A stretch of 55,971 nucleotides of DNA from an uncultured Gemmatimonadota bacterium (GTDB lineage: Bacteria > Blakebacterota > Blakebacteria > Blakebacterales > Blakebacteraceae), in assembly GCA_964637695.1 (NCBI GenBank), contig CAZWVF010000009.1:1-55971 (forward strand). Direction: 5' to 3'. Shown here piece by piece: positions 20,651 through 28,121 of the stretch (within the stretch, counting starts at the first letter, position 1; each line of letters begins with the position of its first letter). The notes below the pieces were generated by a model. That model had not been told where the DNA came from, ran no database searches, and was given only the letters and a program-made list of their open reading frames with translations. The position numbers and the translations under genes were made by a program.

Positions 20651-21517
20651 ATGCTGGAATACTTGAAAATCGAATATATGTGCGCCAGGGAATTCGCCAG
20701 ACTTATCTGCCGCGATTCCAGATACCTGGGCCTGACAGTGTCCATGTATGGCAGGACCCTGAACAGTCCAACTCGGGCTCAGATGCTGCGGGCAGCCTAC
20801 TGTCTGGCCAGGTTGATCGACGATGTACTGGACGGAGATATTATTATTCCGGGTGATCCCGAGGTTTACGTCTTCTATCTGATGCATCAGGCTAAAGCCG
20901 GAATGATCGCAGGCCGGAACCTGCCATCCAGACTCGGACGTTTTGTATTCGAGAATATAAACCGCTTCGGACGCAACAGTGAAATACCGGCCGAATATCT
21001 GCACGTGCTGGTAGAGTCGATGTTAATCGATCGAAGAAGGGCCCGTAAGAAACTGCTCCTATCCGATCGTCAGCTGCACACTCATCTCGTCAAAACCCTT
21101 GAAGCCGCCCACAATGCCGCATTGTGCATTTCGAACGCCCGGGCCAGGGCACCTGACATTCCTCACTTGATCCGAGCTCAGGCCTCTCTCTATACCCTTC
21201 GCGATCTTAAAACAGATATCTCACGGGGACTGGTTAACATTCCTGAAGATGTGGTTACCTTGGCACGTGACCAAGGATGCAATAGTCTATCATACGATGC
21301 GCTATTCTCAACGTCAGCTGTCAAGAAATGGATCGCTGATGAATTTGCGTTCGGGAGAGGGCATTTAGAGGCTGCCGGTCACCAATTGGCAGCAATTAAA
21401 GATCGAAGAACATCTATGATCGTGAGACCTCTTCACAGGGGCCTCAAGCACCTGGCCCGCAGGCTCCCGCCGGTTCTGGGAGTCGATATTTCGGTCAATC
21501 TGATTCCGGTCGAGTGA
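20651..21517 (+). CDS. Squalene/phytoene synthase-family (class I isoprenoid synthase fold) protein, divergent
   Basis: AAYCLARLIDDVLD (DDxxD), ESMLID, TLRDLKTD...RGLVNIP; ATG 20651 has a GGGAGAG SD (ORF is open from 20558). Confidence 0.7.
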   Translation: MLEYLKIEYMCAREFARLICRDSRYLGLTVSMYGRTLNSPTRAQMLRAAYCLARLIDDVLDGDIIIPGDPEVYVFYLMHQAKAGMIAGRNLPSRLGRFVFENINRFGRNSEIPAEYLHVLVESMLIDRRRARKKLLLSDRQLHTHLVKTLEAAHNAALCISNARARAPDIPHLIRAQASLYTLRDLKTDISRGLVNIPEDVVTLARDQGCNSLSYDALFSTSAVKKWIADEFAFGRGHLEAAGHQLAAIKDRRTSMIVRPLHRGLKHLARRLPPVLGVDISVNLIPVE

Positions 21518-21534
21518 GGTGAGGGAGATAAAGC

Positions 21535-22386
21535 GTGATGCTGATGCAATTCGACAAATGGTACCTCGATTGTCAGACCGACCTGGAATTCGGTTACTAC
21601 TATGTATGCCGGCTTTCCATCGGAAGATTGAGGCTGATCAGCAGCGAAGTCCATCATTACGGCACAGAGAAGGTTGTGCACTGGAGCCGGTTGGGACGCG
21701 CATATGCTTCAGGGCTGAGGGAGATGAAGGGAGCCGGGGCAGAGATCAGGGCCCGATCGAACTGCACGAAGTTAAGGCTGGCAAATGGAGAGGGATCCCT
21801 CAACGGATCGTGGCGTTCAACGATTCATCCCCTGCCCAGATACCGGCGACCTCTCTATATGGATGATAACGGCTGGTGCGACTGGAAAGTGTGGTCTCCA
21901 TTCTCGGAGGTCTCCCTGTCGATATCGCCGGACACGACAATCCGGGGATCGGGTTATGTGGACCTGGTCCGGATCACTATCCCCTCCTGGCGGATCCCGT
22001 TCACTTCTCTCCATTGGGGGCGACTCTTCTCGAAGGAGAAATGGTTGATACTCCTTAACCTGCTGACCCCCGGCATGAATACGGCGTGCTCAATAGAGAG
22101 CAGCGGAACCTGCAGCAATGTGGAAATAGATGTAGATCGGAGGGATAATGGTGAGATAGATACATTCAGGTGGTCGATCGATGGTCGTCCACTGAACGCG
22201 GAGGTGGTCCGGGTGCTTCAGAGAGGCCCTGTACTGAACGGTGAACGATTCGGGCGGCTGATCCCGGCCCGTCTGCTCGCCAGACTTGGATCGGGAGGAT
22301 TTGAGGAAAAGTACTGGGTCAACGCTCGGCTGAACGGCTCCGATTACTCGGGTCCGATGGAAGAGGTACGATGGAATGAACAGTGA
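21535..22386 (+). CDS. CrtC/AttH-like (lipocalin-type hydratase/cyclase fold) protein
   Basis: N-terminal KWYLD, DWKVWSPFSEV, RGSGYVD and LHWGR resemble the WWYxD, W..aP..V, GxGYxD and WxWxR motifs of carotenoid 1,2-hydratases. Confidence 0.5.
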   Translation: MMLMQFDKWYLDCQTDLEFGYYYVCRLSIGRLRLISSEVHHYGTEKVVHWSRLGRAYASGLREMKGAGAEIRARSNCTKLRLANGEGSLNGSWRSTIHPLPRYRRPLYMDDNGWCDWKVWSPFSEVSLSISPDTTIRGSGYVDLVRITIPSWRIPFTSLHWGRLFSKEKWLILLNLLTPGMNTACSIESSGTCSNVEIDVDRRDNGEIDTFRWSIDGRPLNAEVVRVLQRGPVLNGERFGRLIPARLLARLGSGGFEEKYWVNARLNGSDYSGPMEEVRWNEQ

Positions 22387-22990
22387 AATCCTGTGCAGCT
22401 GCAAAAACCTTGCCAAGGCGTATGGAAGACATACGGTTCTGGAGGATTGTTCCCTGACCGTTGCCAGTGGTGAACTGGTGGGCCTTGTCGGCGAAAACGG
22501 TTCTGGAAAATCAACTTTGATAAGGTGCCTGCTGGGATTCACCAGACCCTCAGGTGGAATGGTGGAGGTCAGTGGAAAAGTCGGCTACTGCCCGCAGGAG
22601 GATTACCTCAATCCTGCCTACATGGTGGATGAGCACCTTTCGCTGGCCTGTGCCATCTATGGCAGACATGACCATATAGACATGACCTACGTGAACGCAC
22701 TCACCGATCGGCTCCGCCTGGATGAATACAGGGAATGTCCTGTGAAAGATCTGAGTGAAGGCACGCGTCAGAAATTGAAGTTCCTCACCTCGATCATACA
22801 TAAGCCCACTCTGCTCTTAATGGACGAACCTTATGGTGGATTCGACTGGAACATGTACCTGGTCTTCTGGGATCTGATCGGGGAGCTATGCGAGACGGGC
22901 GCCGGGGTGCTGCTGATTACCCATCTTATCTACGACCGTCATCACTTCAACAGGATCTACGAGCTTCAGGGGGGGCGACTCGATGCCTGA
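22376..22990 (+). CDS. ABC transporter ATP-binding protein
   Basis: Walker A GENGSGKST, Q-loop YCPQ, signature LSEGTRQK, Walker B LLLMDEP, H-loop ITH. Confidence 0.92.
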   Translation: MNSEILCSCKNLAKAYGRHTVLEDCSLTVASGELVGLVGENGSGKSTLIRCLLGFTRPSGGMVEVSGKVGYCPQEDYLNPAYMVDEHLSLACAIYGRHDHIDMTYVNALTDRLRLDEYRECPVKDLSEGTRQKLKFLTSIIHKPTLLLMDEPYGGFDWNMYLVFWDLIGELCETGAGVLLITHLIYDRHHFNRIYELQGGRLDA

Positions 22991-23771
22991 TGCGCGATCT
23001 GGCAATCCAGCAACGCGGCTCTTCCTGCTCTCCTTCCTGGAGCTGTGGCGGAATCGATTCGGGCTTCTTCTGCTGCTGATCATCCCGCCGATTTTCCTGG
23101 GGATAGTCGAGTGGACATCAGGTGAGATCCCATTACCGATCGAACTCTTTTTCAAGGGTGAAACCGAGCGGGTGCTGCTGTCACAGAGAGACATATCCCT
23201 GGTATTCATCGGAGCGGCTGTGAGCGGATTCCTGACGGCCTATTACGCGATCCTGCTATTTCAACGGAATTTCGAATACTTCAGGCACTGCATCGGGATG
23301 GGACTTACCCCGACCAGTTTTATCGCTGCGCGTTTCCTCTTCTTTCTCACCGTCGTTGCCGCCCTCGCTCTATTCATCACGATGGTTGTAGGTATCATGT
23401 CACCCCTGAAGAATCCCGGTGGAGTATTCCTGGGATTCCTTCTTGTCGGAGCGGTGTACGGCGCCTACGGAGGTATGGTCGGGCTGGTTTGCAGGGATTT
23501 CATGGTAGCGGTTCTCTGTGTCGTCCTGCTGGCCAATCTCGATGCAGGCTGGCTGCAGAATCCTGTTTTCTATACTACCGCACAGGAAACCGCCATTATC
23601 CACTGGTTGCCTGCCTTCTATCCCAGCCAGGTAGTATTTGCGGCCGCTTTTACGGAGCGGATGAATATGTGGGCGGTTACTCTCAGTGTCCTCTATGGAA
23701 CGATCCTCTTTCTATCAATGCTGGTAATCGCGCACATACGGATCCGTTCCCTACGCAGGTGGTGGAAGTAG
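22983..23771 (+). CDS. ABC-2-type exporter permease
   Basis: About six hydrophobic segments, coupled to the ATPase (8-nt overlap). Confidence 0.75.
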   Translation: MPDARSGNPATRLFLLSFLELWRNRFGLLLLLIIPPIFLGIVEWTSGEIPLPIELFFKGETERVLLSQRDISLVFIGAAVSGFLTAYYAILLFQRNFEYFRHCIGMGLTPTSFIAARFLFFLTVVAALALFITMVVGIMSPLKNPGGVFLGFLLVGAVYGAYGGMVGLVCRDFMVAVLCVVLLANLDAGWLQNPVFYTTAQETAIIHWLPAFYPSQVVFAAAFTERMNMWAVTLSVLYGTILFLSMLVIAHIRIRSLRRWWK

Positions 23772-23773
23772 TC

Positions 23774-25252
23774 GTGGGAAATGCGGCAGCGCATGATCGA
23801 ATCTCCTCCTTCTCCGGCGGAGCATACATTGCCCTTTTCGCACTGGGTGCTCCCCTCCTCTATCTTGTTTTTGGTAAAGCTGCGGACCGCGCAATCGGCA
23901 ACTTCTTCTCAGCGCCCCCGCTCGTGCTGCAGATGGCGGGGGGAATACTCACAATTGCGGGCCTGGCATTTATCATTATCTCGATAATCCTGCTTAACAC
24001 GATCGGTAGGGGATTGCCGATCTCCTCTTTACCACCCGTAGAGCTCGTTACCGCCGGTCCATACGGCATATCCAGGCATCCCATTTATCTGGGTACTATG
24101 CTGACTTTCGCAGGTATCTCCATGATGATCGGTTCATTCTGGTGCACGCTGCTTGCCGCACCCCTTCTCGGATTTTTCTACTTCACATATGCGGTAGGAA
24201 TCGAGGAACCGATCCTTATTTCACGATATGGACAGAGATACAGCGATTATCAGAATCGAACGGCGCTCAGCTTTGAGTTCCCCTTGAGGAAGCGTCTCTA
24301 TCGAATCATCTCCTTCCTGCTGGAAAAACTGTCTGGAGTAATAAACAGGCCTAAGATAGTGCGCCGAGGCAATTTCATCTTCTTCTGGGGATACGGGATA
24401 TGGGTGGCGACCGGTGCGATTTTAGGGCTGACTGTAATGGAAGTTGTCTTGATCTCATTGGGAAGGCCGGCCAGTGATGCGGCGTGGGTGGTAGCCGTAG
24501 TCATGGTAAGCGGCCTGGTAGGAGCCCGCCTGTTGTGGCGTACAGGATTTGCAGTACATCACGGAACCGGTTTTACCCGCTCTGCCTGGAAAGTCGGATT
24601 TGTATCGTGGGGAGTGATGACCGGCTATCTCGTTGGATTGCCTCTGCTCGCCTGGAAAATGAATGTCTCTCCATACCTCTTTTTCGATGTGGTTTTCCCC
24701 TCTGTAATGATAACCCATCCCTTCGGACGGATAGGCTGCGTATTCTACGGATGCTGTTACGGCAAGGAGACGACAAGCGGGGCCCGGATCCGATATGAGC
24801 ACCCCGACTTGAAGGCAGTCAGAGAAGGCAGGGTCAATCCCGAATCACTGAGACCTGCCCAGTTGATCTCGGCAGTGAACGGCGCCCTGATCGCCGCACT
24901 GGTTTTCGGAATCTGGTATTCGATCCCGCTGCCGATGGGTGTTCCGGCTGCCCTGGCGGCTGCCATGTATGGACTGATGCGGATTGGAGAGGAATGGCTT
25001 CGAACTCAGAACAGAGTGATGTGGGGACTCGTTTCTCCCGCCCAGCTTGTGGCCCTCCTGCTGGTCCTGGTGGGTGTGGGCCACCTCCTGTGGATACCAA
25101 TCGGTGGAGGACATATCGTTCACCCGGCTCTCAGTGAAGTTCTTGACGTCTCTGTCACCGCTCAGATACATCTGCTTCTCCTGATCGTTTGCGGTGTGAT
25201 TTCCCTCTTTGCGAGCAGCTACCATTACAGGGCGGTGGGACGATGGAAATGA
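23774..25252 (+). CDS. Fusion of PEMT/ICMT-family membrane methyltransferase and Lgt-like (prolipoprotein diacylglyceryl transferase family) domain
   Basis: N half: LVTAGPYGISRHPIYLG...IEEPILISRYGQRYSDY; C half: GRIGCVFYGCCYG, RPAQL, YGLMRIGEEWLR; GTG 23774 follows the permease stop by 2 nt. Confidence 0.75.
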   Translation: MGNAAAHDRISSFSGGAYIALFALGAPLLYLVFGKAADRAIGNFFSAPPLVLQMAGGILTIAGLAFIIISIILLNTIGRGLPISSLPPVELVTAGPYGISRHPIYLGTMLTFAGISMMIGSFWCTLLAAPLLGFFYFTYAVGIEEPILISRYGQRYSDYQNRTALSFEFPLRKRLYRIISFLLEKLSGVINRPKIVRRGNFIFFWGYGIWVATGAILGLTVMEVVLISLGRPASDAAWVVAVVMVSGLVGARLLWRTGFAVHHGTGFTRSAWKVGFVSWGVMTGYLVGLPLLAWKMNVSPYLFFDVVFPSVMITHPFGRIGCVFYGCCYGKETTSGARIRYEHPDLKAVREGRVNPESLRPAQLISAVNGALIAALVFGIWYSIPLPMGVPAALAAAMYGLMRIGEEWLRTQNRVMWGLVSPAQLVALLLVLVGVGHLLWIPIGGGHIVHPALSEVLDVSVTAQIHLLLLIVCGVISLFASSYHYRAVGRWK

Positions 25253-26613
25253 CGGATAACAGAAGAGAGATATTGCAGGTGGAAGCACCCGCCTACGCCA
25301 ACAGGTACCTGCACTGGTACGGCTGCAGCCTTCACGAAATCGCCCGACAGCACGGCACGCCATCACACGTCGGGTGCTCCGAAGCAGTAGAAGACTCGCT
25401 GGACCTGTTTCATTCCGCATTCGCAGCTGCGGATCTCACCGTAGAGGTCAGGTATTCTGTAAAGACAAATCCACTGCCTGCGTTTCTTACAACTCTTGCC
25501 GATCTGGGAGCTGGATTCGAAGTCTGTTCCGGCTACGAACTGGCGCTGGTCAAAGAGCTGGGAGTTGAAGGAAAGAGAATAGTAGCAACCGGTCTCCGCG
25601 AGGGTTTTCCATTCGCCCGAGAGGCTTGTGAAACAGGTGTTGATATGCTCACGGTTGCTACCGCGGGTCAGCTGAAGTCGATCATATCAGATATCAAGAA
25701 CCTGCCTGGAACCCTCCCTCTCGGTTTAACCATATGCCCCGAGCTCCTGAGAGGCAGGTGGGACCTGACACTCAACACGGGGGCAAAAGGGGCCGCTATC
25801 GGGTTCCGCCCCGGCTCACCCCTGCTGGATGAAGCGATTAGGACCATTGCCTCCCACAGGCAGCTGGAACTGGTCGGTCTTCACATGCACATCGGTTCAG
25901 GAATCCGTTCGGCCGCACCTTACCTCAAGGCCATAAAGATCCTTGAGAAGGTGATCATGGCGGCGGCCCGACTGGGCAAACCGGTAACCATGGTAGATAT
26001 AGGTGGGGGCTACGGCCTCCGCTCGACTCCGGTGCTGGGAGCATGGAAGATCGTCTCCTCTATCCTGGGCCCCGGAGGTTCGAATGCCTCCAATTCCTCA
26101 GCAGGATCCATTCTGAACGATGTTGCCGAAATGGTGTCACAATCGTTCGATCGGCTGCAGAGAGTGGGGATACGTCCCGAGAAACTCATCGCCGAACCTG
26201 GTCGCATCATCTCAGGTCCATGCCAGCTTCTGCTCCTTTCAGTCGTCGACATGATCGACAGGGGTCGCAACGAGCGTTTCCTGCTCTGTGACGGGGGTTC
26301 AATGGCGATCTCTCCTATGCTGATGGCCGAGGGACACCGTCTGATGAGCCTTGTGGAACCGGATAGAGAACTGTTGCGCTACCGGGTACTCGGCAATCTG
26401 CCAACCTCTCTCGACAGGGTCTCGGCATCTGCACTGCTTCCGGCCATGCGCGCCGGAGATCGTATCGCGGTGCTTGACACCGGAGCATACTTCATATCGA
26501 TGAACAATACATTTATCGGGCCGCGCCCTCCTGTAATCTGGATAGAGAACAAGAGTTCCAGAATCGCAAGAAGACGGGAAACCGAGGTAGAGGTTTTCAA
26601 CCGTGACGAATGA
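25249..26613 (+). CDS. PLP-dependent fold-type III enzyme (diaminopimelate/ornithine decarboxylase family), divergent
   Basis: YSVKTN (PLP lysine), EVCSGYEL, HMHIGSG, DIGGGYG, EPGRIISG, GAYFISM; ATG 25249 overlaps the upstream stop (ATGA). Confidence 0.85.
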   Translation: MTDNRREILQVEAPAYANRYLHWYGCSLHEIARQHGTPSHVGCSEAVEDSLDLFHSAFAAADLTVEVRYSVKTNPLPAFLTTLADLGAGFEVCSGYELALVKELGVEGKRIVATGLREGFPFAREACETGVDMLTVATAGQLKSIISDIKNLPGTLPLGLTICPELLRGRWDLTLNTGAKGAAIGFRPGSPLLDEAIRTIASHRQLELVGLHMHIGSGIRSAAPYLKAIKILEKVIMAAARLGKPVTMVDIGGGYGLRSTPVLGAWKIVSSILGPGGSNASNSSAGSILNDVAEMVSQSFDRLQRVGIRPEKLIAEPGRIISGPCQLLLLSVVDMIDRGRNERFLLCDGGSMAISPMLMAEGHRLMSLVEPDRELLRYRVLGNLPTSLDRVSASALLPAMRAGDRIAVLDTGAYFISMNNTFIGPRPPVIWIENKSSRIARRRETEVEVFNRDE

Positions 26614-28006
26614 AAGAGGCAGCTTCAGTAGAGAATCCGGCACGCGCCTGCTCGGTTCTCTTAAGGAAGGTTCATATGCATGGCGGGCTCTCGATCCCCT
26701 TCAGAGAGCCCGTACGATAAGGCAGCTGCGCCGGTTGATGGCCCGCCGGTCGGATGAACTGGCCCGCCGGATAGCTGAGATGACAGAGAGACCTCTCTAC
26801 GAAGCACTGACGCAGGAGGTTTTTCCAGCCCTCGAGATGGCTCACTACTGCGAACGGAGGTTTGCACGAGTTCTGCATCCCCGAACTTCTCTCTACCTGC
26901 GCCCCGGTTTCCTGCGAAACAGGCATACCGTGCATTGGGAACCGTACGGCACGATCGCCGTGATAACCCCCTTCAATTTCCCCTTCTCCCTGGCGATGAT
27001 GAGCGCAGTTTATCTGGCGACGGCGGGCAACACCATCGTCATAAAGCCATCGGAGGCAATGCCCGATATCTCCGACCTGATAAAGGAACTGCTCTCAGAG
27101 ACCGGGCTGGCGCCCTCGATCATCAACGTACTGGATGGCGGCCCTGAGGCGGCCACCTTTCTCGCACAATCGGATTTGATTTCGAAGGTGGTCTTCTTCG
27201 GTGGAAAGAGCGGGGGTAATGAACTGGCCCACATCTGTTCGCGGCGCGGAATTCCATTCGTACTGGAGCTGGGGGGGGGCAGTTCAGCGATAGTTCTGGC
27301 AGATGCTGACCTGAAGAGAACTGCTGCGGGGATAGCCTGGAGCGGATTTTACTCTGGAGGTCATTCGTGCGTAGGTACAGACCGTGTATTCGTGGAATCC
27401 ACTGCAGAAGCTCGATTTCTTCAGCTGCTGGTTAAGGAGTCACAGAGGGTCTGGAATGAGGACATTGACACTTCGATGCTCGAGGCTCCCATCTCGGGAC
27501 ATATCCTCAAAGCCATCGATAATGGAGCCCGCTACATAGCGACTCCGAAGGGAGCCGATGCCGGTCCAGGTGAGACTCCACCTGGGCTGCTTGCTGGAGT
27601 CACACCTCGATCCTCTCTGCTTAAAGAGGAGTTGTTCACTCCGCTGATAGCAATCTGTACCGTCACGAGTGGAGAGGAGGCCGTGCAGATCGCCAACGAC
27701 AGCTGTCAGATGCTGGGTGCCTCGATCTGGACAAGGAATAAACGACGTGCGCACAAACTGGCCCGCGATCTGCGTTCATCCATGATATGGATCAACGACA
27801 CCAGTTTCGGGCTGCCGAACCTGCCGTGGGGGGGATGGGGAGAGGCGGGATGGGGCTCCATATTCTCGCGATTCTCGCTGCACGAAGCCGCCCGGCTTAA
27901 GTGGATCAGTACCAGTCCTGCCAGAGGACGCCGCCCATGGTGGCATCCATATTCCGAGATGAAGATGCGCCTTGCGCGCCTGGCGACCCTCTACTACAGG
28001 AAGTGA
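26603..28006 (+). CDS. Aldehyde dehydrogenase family protein
   Basis: ITPFNFP, GNTIVIKPSE, LELGG, catalytic Cys in GGHSCVG, EELFTP, IWINDT, LPWGG, C-terminal PWWHPYS. Confidence 0.9.
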   Translation: MTNERGSFSRESGTRLLGSLKEGSYAWRALDPLQRARTIRQLRRLMARRSDELARRIAEMTERPLYEALTQEVFPALEMAHYCERRFARVLHPRTSLYLRPGFLRNRHTVHWEPYGTIAVITPFNFPFSLAMMSAVYLATAGNTIVIKPSEAMPDISDLIKELLSETGLAPSIINVLDGGPEAATFLAQSDLISKVVFFGGKSGGNELAHICSRRGIPFVLELGGGSSAIVLADADLKRTAAGIAWSGFYSGGHSCVGTDRVFVESTAEARFLQLLVKESQRVWNEDIDTSMLEAPISGHILKAIDNGARYIATPKGADAGPGETPPGLLAGVTPRSSLLKEELFTPLIAICTVTSGEEAVQIANDSCQMLGASIWTRNKRRAHKLARDLRSSMIWINDTSFGLPNLPWGGWGEAGWGSIFSRFSLHEAARLKWISTSPARGRRPWWHPYSEMKMRLARLATLYYRK

Positions 28007-28121
28007 TTAAAAGAACAAAGAGGAGAGGATCCTGAACTTTGACCGGTTGTACGCAGGTCAGGGTGATGAGGGTCAGCAGGGGCAGGAAGCCGGACCGTTG
28101 AAATCCAGCATCGAGCCGGCC

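Noticed and set aside
28034-28062. GAACTT-N17-GTCAGG as a second sigmaE promoter
   Set aside because: It points antisense into the 3' end of dapF with no downstream gene and has a weak -10; probably chance.
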